64,000 nt of DNA from Candidatus Marinacidobacterales bacterium. Lineage in GTDB: Bacteria; Acidobacteriota; Vicinamibacteria; Marinacidobacterales; DATDRI01. Within the stretch, counting starts at the first letter, position 1, and every line of letters begins with the position of its first letter. A program made the position numbers and the translations under genes. The stretch lies in assembly GCA_965219415.1 (NCBI GenBank), contig CBDCNP010000002.1:864001-928000 (forward strand), in the 5' to 3' direction. This document shows positions 52,915-64,000 of this stretch, piece after piece. Under the pieces are notes generated by a model that worked only from the letters and a program-made list of their open reading frames with translations, did no database searches and was not told where the DNA came from.

Positions 52915-53976
52915 ATGAACAGCTGGCGGAAGATAACCGGACATCCACTCGTCCTACTGGCTTCCCTCGTCACGGCATGTGGCAACGCCGATCCCGTTGT
53001 CGACGTCCCCGAGGAAGTCACCCGCTTGCAGGACGTAGCGGCAGGCATCGAAACGAACGCACAAGGGTACGGGGAAGCCAAGATAGCAGAGGGCCACGTG
53101 ATGATCGAGGTTCCGGCTGGGAATTTCACGATGGGCACCGACGACGGCCCCGAGAACGAGCGACCGGCACACACGGTCTACCTGGACGACTACTGGCTAT
53201 CGAAGCATCCGGTGACGGTGGGGCAATTCAAACATTTCGTCGAGGAAACCGGTTACCTCACCGATTCCGAAAGAGGGGTCGGATGCTGGGTGTTCGTAGG
53301 AGAGGAATGGGAGCCGAGGTTGGACGGCACGTGGAAAAACACTTACTTCCAACAAGAAGACTCCCATCCGGTGGTCTGTGTGAGTTGGTACGACGCGATC
53401 GCATACGCGGACTGGTTCTCCGAGAAAACCGGCGTCGGGTTCAAGCTGCCCACCGCGGCGCAGTGGGAGAAGGGCGCCAGGGGCAACGACTCGCGAACCT
53501 GGCCGTGGGGCAACGAGATTCCTGACGGAACGCGAGCCAACTACGCCGACACCAAATACTGGAACAAGTATGGCGAGGCACGGGTCGCGGACAAGGACGT
53601 CGACGACGGCTACGTCGAAACGTCTCCGGTGGGAAGCTACCCGGCCGGTGCGTCTCCCTATGGGCTACTCGACATGGCCGGCAACGTGTGGGAGTGGTGC
53701 CACGACTATTATGCCGGCGATTATTACTCGCGATCACCGGATCGCAATCCTCTCGGCCCCGCGGAAGGTAGAGTAGGCGACGATGGCGTTGCCGATCGCG
53801 TCAACCGGGGTGGCGGGAGCTGGACCGACCGCTCCGGCCATCTCACCACGGAGGGTGGTCACAACCTGCGATCCGCCGGGCGAACCGGGGACGGCGACAA
53901 CAGCAGCGACGATCACATGGGTTTCCGTCTCGCCATCGACGACGTCATTCGCCCGCAACACTCGAGGCCGCAGTAG
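52915..53976 (+). CDS. FGE/SUMF1-fold lipoprotein (lacks catalytic FGE cysteines)
   Basis: Lipobox VTAC; PAGNFTMG, HPVVCVSWYDA, LPTAAQWEKGARG, GLLDMAGNVWEW, GFRL. Confidence 0.88.
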   Translation: MNSWRKITGHPLVLLASLVTACGNADPVVDVPEEVTRLQDVAAGIETNAQGYGEAKIAEGHVMIEVPAGNFTMGTDDGPENERPAHTVYLDDYWLSKHPVTVGQFKHFVEETGYLTDSERGVGCWVFVGEEWEPRLDGTWKNTYFQQEDSHPVVCVSWYDAIAYADWFSEKTGVGFKLPTAAQWEKGARGNDSRTWPWGNEIPDGTRANYADTKYWNKYGEARVADKDVDDGYVETSPVGSYPAGASPYGLLDMAGNVWEWCHDYYAGDYYSRSPDRNPLGPAEGRVGDDGVADRVNRGGGSWTDRSGHLTTEGGHNLRSAGRTGDGDNSSDDHMGFRLAIDDVIRPQHSRPQ

Positions 53977-54048
53977 CTGAATTGGCCACCCTGTCCATCC
54001 TGCGAATCCCGTCCCTGATTATTTGAGCGAACTTCTGGAGACACACCT

Positions 54049-55494
54049 TTGACACTAATCGGTTTTTCGATCATCGCGTTCATCGTGGCCACGATGATCA
54101 TCGGCATCCGCACCTACGCCAAGATCAAGGGCCACGCCACAAACTACTACGTGGCAGGCAACTCGATGCCGGTCTGGGTGATTGGCATCACCCTGTGCGC
54201 CCAGGCGTTCGACGCGAATGGATCCATGGGCAACGTGTCCTTGGCTTTCGAGAGTAGCTTCTGGGCGGGCGCCGCCATCCCCATCGGCCTCGCCTCCTGT
54301 CTCTTCTTGACCGGCACCTTCTTCGCCAAACCGATCCACCGCATGCACCTGATGACCCTCGCGGATTTCTACCACCGCCGGTACAGCCAAACGACGGAGA
54401 CCCTCGCCGCACTCGCCATGTTCGTCAGCAACATCATACTCGTTGCCGGAAACCTAGCCGGACTCGGATTGCTATTGGATCAAGTCTTCGGAGGCGGCTA
54501 TCTCGCGATGTTGATGGTCATTGGCGCTTGCATCCTGACGTACGCGGTCACCGGGGGCCTCTATGCGACGATCACCACCAGCGTGCTGCAGGTGGGTATG
54601 TTCGTCGCCGCAACCATCGTCGGTTTCCTTTGGTTGGTGGGGGCGCATGGGTGGACCGAGCTGATGTCCAGGGTGCCGGCGGAGGCCACGAATCTGTCGG
54701 GTCTCTTGAATCCGGACAACAACGCCTACGTCAATTGGGCGGCCCTCGTGTCCTTGGCCCTCGGTGATGTCGTCGCCATCGATTTCATTCAACGCGTGAT
54801 CTCGGCGGATTCCCCGCAAACGGCGCGTCGAGGCTGCTATGTGGGAGGGTTTCTCACGCTAGGAGTCGGCCTACTGGTCTCGTTTATCGGATTGTTTGCG
54901 TTCTCCTTCGACAAGGAACCGAGTCGATTCTTGCTGGTCGATCTTTCCATGAACAATATGCCCGCCGCCGTCGGGACCGCAATTCTCCTGGGCGTGATCG
55001 CCGCGAGCATGTCTACCGCAGCCGGAGTGGTCCTCGATCTAGCCAACGTCATCACGCGGAATCTCGTGCAGCGCTACACCAAGTCGACCTGGGGCGATCA
55101 CACGATGTTGCGCTTCTCCCGCTGGATCGCACTTCCCACCATGGCCGCATCGATCGCCTTCGCTTACTTGAGGCCTGAGCCTGGTATCCTGCTGATTCTG
55201 GCGTTCGACGTCGTTCTCGCCGGATGCTTTGTACCGATGGCGCTGGGTATCTATTGGAAACGGTCAAACACGCCGGGGGCCATTGCCGCCATCGTCGTCG
55301 GCACCCTGACGCGAGTCGTTCTGTACTTCTTGATTCCGGAACCGTACGCAGGGCTCGACACTCTAATTCCACCGGTGGTGAGCCTCATTACTTTCGTCAC
55401 GGTTTCGCTCGTGACTCAGGGGACTTCGAAGCCCAACCACGATGCGTTGACTTACGTTCCCACCGATGAAGAACTAGTGAAGGGAATTTATTAA
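54049..55494 (+). CDS. Sodium:solute symporter (choline/urea-like)
   Basis: NYYVAGNS, MTLADFY..RYS, YAVTGGL, FIQRVISA, AASMSTA; about 13 TM helices. Confidence 0.88.
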   Translation: MTLIGFSIIAFIVATMIIGIRTYAKIKGHATNYYVAGNSMPVWVIGITLCAQAFDANGSMGNVSLAFESSFWAGAAIPIGLASCLFLTGTFFAKPIHRMHLMTLADFYHRRYSQTTETLAALAMFVSNIILVAGNLAGLGLLLDQVFGGGYLAMLMVIGACILTYAVTGGLYATITTSVLQVGMFVAATIVGFLWLVGAHGWTELMSRVPAEATNLSGLLNPDNNAYVNWAALVSLALGDVVAIDFIQRVISADSPQTARRGCYVGGFLTLGVGLLVSFIGLFAFSFDKEPSRFLLVDLSMNNMPAAVGTAILLGVIAASMSTAAGVVLDLANVITRNLVQRYTKSTWGDHTMLRFSRWIALPTMAASIAFAYLRPEPGILLILAFDVVLAGCFVPMALGIYWKRSNTPGAIAAIVVGTLTRVVLYFLIPEPYAGLDTLIPPVVSLITFVTVSLVTQGTSKPNHDALTYVPTDEELVKGIY

Positions 55495-55509
55495 CGAGTG
55501 AGGTGATTG

Positions 55510-56857
55510 ATGCCAACGAACCGGATCCTGCTCATGCTCGTGTTCTTGGTTGCGACAGGTCAGGGAACGCGCGCCACCCAAGAAAGTAAGAAGGAAGAGA
55601 CCGCCGAGGAGTTCATCGCCCGCGTCAATAAGGAGCTCGACGATCTCGGCAAGGAGGCCGCCGCCGCTTGGGTCCGTGCAACCTACATTACCCCCGATAC
55701 CGCGGTTCTGGCCGCCAAGGCTCAATCGCGTTTTCTCGAGTATCAGAATCGAGTGGTGGAAGAGTCGAGGCGCTACCTGGATGAAGATGTGGGGGCCGAT
55801 GCCGCCCGATCGCTCAGGCTGCTCAAGTTGCAGGATACGCGCCGGCCGGCGCCCGCGGATGCAGCGAAGCGCGAGGAGCTGACCGACCTGTACCAGGAGC
55901 TCACCGGCGCCTACGGCGAAGGCAAGTATTGTCCCGGAGGTGAGGACACTTGCAGGACGTTACCGGAGTTGGAACGGGTGCTCGCCGAAAACCGAGACTA
56001 TGACGAGCTATTGGACGCTTGGCAGGGGTGGCGGACCGTCTCGCCGCCCATGCGTGGGTCCTACACTCGGTTCGCAGAGCTGGCGAACGAGGGCGCGCGA
56101 AACCTTGGGTTCCAAGACCTCGGACAAATGTGGCGCTCCGCCTACGACATGAGCCCGGATGCATTCGCACAAGAGACGGAGCGGCTTTGGAGCCAGGTAG
56201 AGCCCCTATACGAGCAGCTGCACTGCTACGTCCGAGCTCGGCTGGGCGAACATTACGGAGAGGGGACAAAGTCCCCGCCGATGGACCCATCCCCGCCCAT
56301 CTCCTCGGAAATATGTGGGCGCAGGAGTGGGCCAATATCTACGACCTGGTGGAGCCCTATCCCGGTGTGGCGAATCCGAATGTGGGCGAGGCCCTCGTCG
56401 ATCAAGACTACGATGCGGTGCGCATGACGCAACTCGCAGAGGGCTTTTTCGTCTCTTTGGGCATGCCCAACCTTCCGGAGACCTTCTGGGAGCGATCCCT
56501 GTTGACCAAACCGCGTGACCGCGAGGTCGTATGCCACGCCAGCGCCTGGAACATGGACTCGGGAAAGGACGTGCGCATCAAGCAGTGTATCGAGCCCACT
56601 TCGGATGAGCTCGTGACCGTGCATCATGAACTGGGGCACGTCTACTACTACCTGTACTACGGCCACCTGCCCGCTCTCTATCAAACAAGTGCCAATCCCG
56701 GGTTCCATGAGGGTATCGGCGACACGATCCCTGGCAGGACACCTTGGAGGAGCTCACCGGCGGACGTGAGATGGATGCCAGCGCTATCATCGACTATTTC
56801 CAGCCGTTGATGGCGTGGCTAGAAGAGCAGAATCAGGGACGAACTTGCGGCTGGTGA
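55510..56857 (+). pseudogene. M2 family peptidyl-dipeptidase (ACE-like), frameshift near 56262 and internal deletion at 56729
   Basis: [33 protein letters not shown], then jumps to [24 protein letters not shown]. Confidence 0.9.
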
Positions 56858-57115
56858 TGCGGCGAACACCGGTACTGGAAACCAGCCCCCAACCCCGACT
56901 CGCGGGGCTCGAATGGAACCTCCCTACACACCTCCACGACCTCGATCGCTGAGGGATGAAGCAGCGCGCCAAGTTTCGGAAAAAAGATTCGGCGCCAACG
57001 AAAAATAGAGTAGAATCAGCAGCAAGCCCTGGGACCGGTAGGGCCTTACATCGCTCTCAATCCACTCCGAAGATCCACCGAGCCTAAGACGGTCTTCATG
57101 GCTAGGAGAAAGAAC

Positions 57116-60100
57116 ATGCCTTTCCGATCTGCAGCGAAAGTCCGTTCGCTCCTCCTCGGACTCAGCATCCTGTTGCCCGCTTCTTCTTCCTCCCTTGCGC
57201 AAGTTGCTGCCACCGATCCGAATGCGTTTCCGTTCTACAACTGGGCGGGCGCATCGGGTGATACCAGTGGCGGCCTCGTCAAGCCCTCGCTGTTTACCGG
57301 AGCGGTTGTTGTACCCATCCATATCGTGGTGCCGGCGGGCACAGGAGGCATTCAGCCGTCCTTATCACTCGCTTACAACAGCCGTCAGGGTCGCGGAAAC
57401 GCCGGAGTGGGATGGAGCCTGGGGCTTTCGAAAATCATTCGCTCCACGAAGTACGGGGCGGATAAGGCTCAGGAGTGGACGCCCTCGGAGGCGGTTTACC
57501 TCTACGGGGATCAGGAGCTCATTCGCGGCGTAGGGGAGTCCGATCCCTTTGGCTGCCCAGCTATTCGCTACCACCCTAAATCGGAAAACTTTCAAAAGAT
57601 CCTCTTCTGCGCAACGGAAGACTACTGGACCGTCCTCGGTAAGACCGGAACGAGGACGACGTTCGGGCGACACGCCGACACTCGCCATAGCAAGCTCGCC
57701 CAGGACGGCGTGACCTTCGAGTACTTCCTCGACGAGTTGACCGACCCGCACGGTCTGTCGTGGCAGGCGACTTACTCCCCCACGACCGCCTACAGCGCTC
57801 CCCGGTTGGATCGGTTGGACTGCACCTTCCACGACGGCAGCCCCTTGGGTGAGCCTCGGCGCGTAGAGATTCGGTGGGGACCAAGGCCCGATGGGAGGCC
57901 CGAGTACGTCAACCTCCGCTATGGGTTTCCGCTGTTGCAAGACCAGCGCATTGATCGATCCGGGTCATGCTCGGGTCGCGCCGGGTACGCGAATACGTTC
58001 TCGGGTACGACGCCGACAAGGATTCGGGGAACGGAGAACAGTACAGTCCGGATAGCGGCGCCAGCATGTTGCGCTCGGTGACGCTGTGCGGAACGAATGA
58101 CGACTCGTGTCTCCCGCCGCAGCTCTTCGAGTATCAGTACAACGCCCCGACACCTGGCTTCAACGAGGCACCCGTCCAGCAGCCATTCCCAAAGAGCTGG
58201 GGCGCCTCTACGCCCAACTATGGGACGCGTCTAGTGGAAGTGCGGGCGAGGCCATTACGTTAGGTGATCTCATGGACATCAACGGCGACGGTCATCTCGA
58301 CGTCGTCGAGGCCTACTGCCCTGCGTCCTCGACACTCGAGTGCAAGCCACCCGCGGTGAAGTGGCGAATTTGGCCGGGAGCCGGAGCTTCGGGATTCAGT
58401 TCGAGCCCAATCTCCTGGCCCGGTGCCGAGCACTACCTGAGACGCTCGCCTTGGGATCCCAATGACTCTGGCTCAGAGCAGGATGTTAGCTGGGAACGTT
58501 GTCGACATGAACGGCGATGGGCTTCCCGATCTGTTCACTGGTCGTTCGCTCTATCTCAACACCGGCAGTGAATTCGAAAAGAAGCCATGGAGCTGGCCAA
58601 ATGGAAACACCCAAGATTGGGTTCGCGACTACCGGCGAGTCGGCGGCACCGGCACATTCGTGGTCGCGGACCTGGTCGATGGCAATGGGGATGGGTGTCC
58701 GGACCGATTCGACATCGACGCGACGGCGGGCGTCTGGCGGTACTGGCGCAACCGGCTTTGTGATCCCGTGCCCCACGCGGGCTACGAAACCCCGCCGCAC
58801 ATGGGACTGGGGACCGGTAGTGCCCCCTACCTACCTGGGGCGCGATGTCTCCTTCACAGGGCCGATGGGCGATGGGTCTTTGTTTTACTCGACGGACGGG
58901 TTCATTGAGCTCAACGGGGACGGGCTACTCGACTTTCTATATCAGGGAAGGCTCTACCTCGGCACCGGTCGCGGCTTCCGACCGGAGACGGGCACAACCT
59001 ACGCCTCTGATCTAGTGGAGATCTTGACGGCGTTCAAAGAGATCACATCACCGTTTCTCAAGAAGTATTGGTCGAATGAGCTCGACCTCCCCACGCGTCG
59101 CCAGCTTTACGGTTTTCTCGACTTGAATGGCGACGGCCGCCGGGATTTCGTGCGCCTCGAATCGTCAGCCCATTGGAAGGTGTGGCTCAATACCGGAAAC
59201 GGTCTCAAAAGCGAGCCTCTCGAATGGCCGATGCCGATGGTATTGCAGAACGATGCCTTCCCCGGACTTCAGAAAAGCATCATGCAAGGAACCAACCCAG
59301 TCCGCCGTGTTTACGGCTGGCAACGTCTATTCGATCTGGACGCTTCTGGAGCCACGGATTTGGTCAACTATCCCCTGCTCGGTGGGTTCACACACTTCAA
59401 TTTCTTCGCCAACAAGGGCCCCGAGCCCGAGCTCCTCGTCGAGGTGACGAACGGGGTCGGGGGGTCCATTCATCTCTCTTACACGGCGAGAGTGGGTGGT
59501 GGGCTAGAGGTCCAGGTAGGAGGGGAAACTTTTGAAGGCGGCAACCTGCACTTCCCGGTGCACGTGCTTTCGAAGATGGAAGCCGACGATGGCTACGGCA
59601 ACGTCTATGCCAGCCGCTATCGATATTGGGACGCTTATTATGATTCAGAAGAACGCCGTTTCCGAGGTTTCGGTCGCGTGGAAGTCACGAGCAGCGACAA
59701 CCTTGGCGCGGCTCCTAACTACAGCCTCCACGTCTTTGCCAACGGGGATCCCTCACGCCTTATCCAACCGCCGCATACATCACAGAGTTGGCCCGACCAC
59801 CCATCGCTTGCCGGGCGGGGATTCGCGATTCGAACGGGTCCGGATCGTGGCACCATCGAATACGAACCTCGGCGATGTGACCTCGGGCGATACAACCCGC
59901 GTCGAGACACTCGTGAAATACGCCACCGAACCGCCGCTCTGGGCGGCGAGCGAGTCCAACTATGATGCCTACGGCAACGTAGTACGGTTGCAGGGACCGG
60001 AGGGAGAGCTTGCTACGATTGACTACTCGCCGGGGAGCTTCACCTATCCGATCCGACAAACGACAACTGTGACCAAAGGGAAGAGCCCCGGAGAACAGAT

Positions 60101-63100
60101 TACGCTGGTGAGCACTTCGCAATGGGACGATCGGTTCGGCGTCGTCGTAGAAACAGTTGACCCGAATCGGCGGCGGGTAGAACGCGAGCTCGACGGTCTC
60201 GGGCGGCTGGTTCTCGTGACCAGCACGCCATCGTCGGATCCGACCGCCCCGCCCATCACACTCCAATCCTTCGAGTACTCGCTCGGCACCCCGTTGGGCT
60301 CTAACTATCTGGAGCGAACCAGCGCCATAAACGAGGGTGAATACGTCGTGAGCCGAACCTATTTTGATGGGATGCTACGTTCCGTTCAAGAGAAGACACC
60401 GGCAGCCGATGGACAGTGGACGACGAAACATCGACGATACGGTCTTCACGGAGTCGAAATCGAGACCCTGCCCTTTTTCACCGGCTCTAACTCCTACACC
60501 TTCCTTCCCTACCTCCCGGCGCGACCTTTATACCGCACGGCCTACGATTGGGAGGGCCGCGTCGTCAAGAAATGGCTCGAAGACTCTAATGGCAATGCCC
60601 ACTACCCGACGGCAACCGAAACGCGTCTCTGGGATACCGTCGTGACCGATCCACGAGGAAACCGAAGGACCGCTCGCCGAGACGGCCACGGGCGGATCGT
60701 GAGAATCGAGGAACAGGAGGGCTCTACCCTTCGTGCCGTAACGCGTTTCGATTACAACCGGATCGGAAACCTTGTGCAGGTTATGGATAACGCCGGCAAT
60801 ACCACCCGACTGCAGTACGACAGTCGAGGTCTCCGGCGAGCCATGGAGGATCCTGACCTTAGCAACTGCGGCAATCCATCTGACTGCCCTTGGAGGTACG
60901 CATACAACCTCAGTGGGCAGATCATCCGGCAGGTCGACGCCAAGGGCCAACACATCGACTTTTACGCTGACGAGTTGGGCCGCGTTTACCACAAGGACTT
61001 CCAGGGCGACGACGACGTCCTTTTCTCTTACGACGAGGGTCAGAACGGACTTGGACGATTGTCGTCGGTTAGAAACGGTATCGGGAACAAGGTGTCGTAC
61101 GAGTACGACAACTGGGGCCGGACGTTGCGGCACGAGCGTACCGTTGCCGACTCCACGTTCGTGTTGAACACGATCCACGACCTCCTGGGTCGGATCACCA
61201 AAGTTCAGTACCCGACCGGTGAGACCGCGGAGTACGTTTTCGACGGCGGCGGTCGGGTCAGTTCGGTCGCGTTCAACGGGGCGGACATCCTTCGCTCGGT
61301 CGTCTACGATCCCCTATCCCGTATTGTGGAGATCCAATGGGGAAACGGCCTGACAACGAATCAGGAATACGGACCGAATGAGAAGCTCAAGTCTCTTTCC
61401 GTCGGGGGCGGGGGCGACTCCCCGCTCCACCGACTCGCGTACGAGTTCGACGAGGCGGGTAACACCAAGGCCGTGTACGTCGTCGAGGAAGCCTGGCGCC
61501 GGGTCTATGCGTACGATTGGGCCGGTCGCCTAATCGATGCCCAACACCAGGATCGTGTCGTGACGCGAACTTGCCCCGAGGGGCTTTCCTGGCCGTCACC
61601 GCTTTGCGACATCTTCATTGATTGGGAGACCCTGAAGGAATGGAGATGGGAATACGACGAGATCGGAAACATGACCTACAACTCGGACTGGGATACCGCC
61701 GATCCTTTTTCGGATGGTCGGTACAGCTACGGTTCCGGCGCCGGGCCTCACGCGGTTACCCGAATCGGAACCGCGACATCACCCCATACATTCAGCTACG
61801 ACGCGAACGGATTCATGGTCGGGGAAGGCGAGTCAGTAGGTTTCGCATACGACACGGATGGCAACATGCTCAGTGTTTCCGACGTGTCGGGAGGCACTGA
61901 TCTGGTTGCACGGTTCGAATATGACGGTGACGGCACCCGGACTCGCAAGATGGTCACCGGAAGCGAAACGGAACTCGAGATCCGCTATTCCGGCACGCAT
62001 TTCGAGGAGCTTCTTGAAGACGGAGTAAGAAGTGGCAATAGGTATGTCCTCTTGGGCAATAGCCGGGTCGCACTCATCACCGATCGAAACCCATCCAAGG
62101 TGCTCTACCTCCATCCAGACGTGCAAGGCACCATCGGCCTAGTGACCGACGAAAACGGTGAGGTGGTGCTGCGTCGACAGTTCGCGCCTTACGGAGAGCT
62201 CGAGAGCGAAGAGGGCACCGATCCCGGAGTTCGTTACGGATTCACGGGCGCCGAGCACGACCGGGAAAGCGAGCTGCTCCACCTAGGAGTGCGTCAATAC
62301 CGGCCCAAGATTGCCCGCTTCGTTCAGCCAGATAGCACCGTTCCCAACCCTGATGATCCCCAGAGTCTCAATCGCTACGCCTACGCCCGTAACAACCCAG
62401 TCCGCTATACCGATCCCAGTGGCTTCCAAGAAGAAGAGGAGGACGAATACGACCCCCTCGACCGCCACGCCAACCGGGGCGAGCTGCCACCCTCACCGCT
62501 TATGCACGTAGCCGGCGAGGGACTGATGCATGCGTCCGAATACTTCTACCTGCAGACGGCAGAGTTCGACGAGAAAGTCACCGTGCCCGTAGCATCGTGG
62601 TTCGGGGAAGAAGCCTTCCGGCGCAACCCAGACATGGCCTGGGTTGAAGCCACGGTAGCCCACTTCGGTCTTTCCTTCATTACGTTCCTTCCGAGACTTC
62701 TCGCGACGCCCGCCTGGCTCAGGAGGCTCCCGGAGCAAACCGCCAACGACATCAGCGTCCTGCACCAGAGCGATGATCCAGACGCCCGGCTCGACGCATG
62801 GCTTTCTCTCGGGGGAAATGGAGCAACCCTCCTCGGGCTGGTCGCCGGAGGGGCGAAGGCCGCCCGTGGTGCAGGTGCGCGTGGCCCTAGGCTGAACCTC
62901 TCCAGGGTGGCCGCGGGAGAGCAACGCCCGATTCTGGTGCGCATTCGATATACAGAAGCGATGGCAAGAGCTGCGGGCGATGCGAACTTCCTCCGAGCGG
63001 CGATCGAATGGGCGCAGATGGAGGATGGCGTCCAACTACGGGTCGGCGCTCGCGCGGCAACGGACGCGACTGCCCGCGCTTGGTCCAGGCGGACCATGCA

Positions 63101-63356
63101 GCGTCTCGGTTTCGATATCGAGGGCAGGCAGGCGATGCATCCGGTAGACAGCATCATCAACCCCTACTTCATGCCAGAGTACGCTGGGTACTACTTTGGC
63201 AATTCGAGCGCGAATCTCTCCATGGGCGCACAGCTCGGCAACCAGTTGCGAGGCGTGCCGTCAAATACACCGGTCTTTGTCGAGTTCGTGGGGTTTCCTG
63301 CCTACGAGGTCGCGCCTGCTATAGCACCGCCGGTGGTGCCTACGACCTGGCGCTAG
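57116..63356 (+). pseudogene. SpvB/FG-GAP/TcdB-midN + RHS-repeat polymorphic toxin (about 2070 codons, five frameshifts in the N-terminal half)
   Basis: Signal peptide; PSLSLAYNS..GVGWSL (SpvB), DxNGDG repeats, RRFRGFG, YD repeats, core QPDSTVPNP..LNRYAYARNNPVRYTDPSG, 310-aa C-terminal tip. Confidence 0.88.
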
Positions 63357-63400
63357 GCCAGATTTCGCCTCGAGTTCTCAGAGGCGTTTAAAAAGTCGAT

Positions 63401-63416
63401 TCTCGTCCGGACGAGA
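63401..63416. repeat. Perfect 16-bp palindrome TCTCGTCCGGACGAGA
   Basis: Read directly; between convergent genes; shares the GTCCGGAC core with 3897 and 24343. Confidence 0.6.
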
Positions 63417-63424
63417 CACTCCCC

Positions 63425-63605
63425 TTAGTCCAAGAAGTACAGTTTCCAGAAACTGGTCTGGCCTTCATCTCGGGCAAGGTTCACGAGCTTGCCATCCTTG
63501 ATGACCATTGACAACGTGCGAAGGTTGGAGATGTGCTCGAGTGGATTTTTTTCAACGACAATGAGATCGGCCAGCTTGCCGGCTTCGACGGTTCCCAGGC
63601 GGATC
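63425..63605 (-). pseudogene. Amidohydrolase C-terminal fragment
   Basis: RLGTVEAGKLADLIVVEKNPLEHI..VIKDGK; begins immediately after the stop of the upstream gene. Confidence 0.8.
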
Positions 63606-63606
63606 G

Positions 63607-64000
63607 TTAGCGTGCCGCCGGGATTGGATCGCCCTTGGGGATCGGTCCGGCCCACCGCAGCACGGTCAACCCGCCGCCACTTCCGTCGGTGACGTAGAGG
63701 AGTTCGGTATCGGGATCCTGAAAAACCTCTCGAGTATGCCGGTCAACCCTGCCAGGAGCCGCGTACCGCGGCGAAACGTAGAACCCTACTTCCCGCGGAA
63801 GGAATGGGTTTGAGATATCCCAGACACGGACTCCCTGGTCATACCATGCTTGGTAGAGAAGACTCGGCGCTCGGGAGTCGAACCACGGCAAGTGAGCCGA
63901 TTGCTCACCCGGTGGGCATCGAAACTCGCCTTCCATGGAGTTGAAGTCGTCGTCCACGTGAGGAATACGGTAACTCGAAACCACTTGCGGATTGGACAGG
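63607..64000 (-). CDS. LVIVD-repeat protein, C-terminal part (5' partial)
   Basis: SAH, YQAWYDQGVRVWDISNPFLPREVGFY, LLYVTD..GGLTVL. Confidence 0.8.
   Translation of the reverse strand, partial: LSNPQVVSSYRIPHVDDDFNSMEGEFRCPPGEQSAHLPWFDSRAPSLLYQAWYDQGVRVWDISNPFLPREVGFYVSPRYAAPGRVDRHTREVFQDPDTELLYVTDGSGGGLTVLRWAGPIPKGDPIPAAR

Noticed and set aside
52915-53976. Sulfatase-maturing formylglycine-generating enzyme for the 7602 sulfatase
   Set aside because: The catalytic Cys pair after RGGS is absent (RGGGSWTDRSG) and it is a lipoprotein

Overview
GC-rich bacterial window, roughly 60-63% GC by eye. The gene content (YidB, a QDPR-type secreted family, a ferredoxin-domain protein, a Tes-like radical SAM) suggests Acidobacteriota; this is inference only. 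About 50 coding units are visible, mostly accessory catabolic and surface functions: peptidases, sulfatases, SDRs, SSS/MFS transporters, an ECF sigma/anti-sigma pair and an SpvB-RHS toxin. About half are broken by frameshifts, two CGA->TGA-type nonsense codons, internal deletions or junctions between unrelated gene fragments. Several multi-kb blocks (25.9-31.9, 32.6-37.6 and 45.5-49.9 kb) are fully intact, which points either to real genome erosion or to assembly chimerism. Highlights: (1) an intact bacterial homolog of tetraether lipid synthase (Tes/GDGT-MAS) that appears to lack one auxiliary cluster motif; (2) an intact molybdopterin oxidoreductase-cysteine desulfurase fusion next to putB, with a collapsed, diverged ghost copy of the same two-gene locus 7.8 kb upstream; (3) an intact AlkP-AlkP-RHH-membrane protein operon facing a sulfotransferase; (4) a GTCCGGAC-core palindrome family, two copies of which bracket an HNH-nuclease remnant; (5) a group IIC intron remnant directly after a terminator; (6) a truncated ISL3 element; (7) an SpvB/FG-GAP-RHS toxin with a nuclease-like tip and no immunity gene. 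No rRNA, tRNA or CRISPR array was found.
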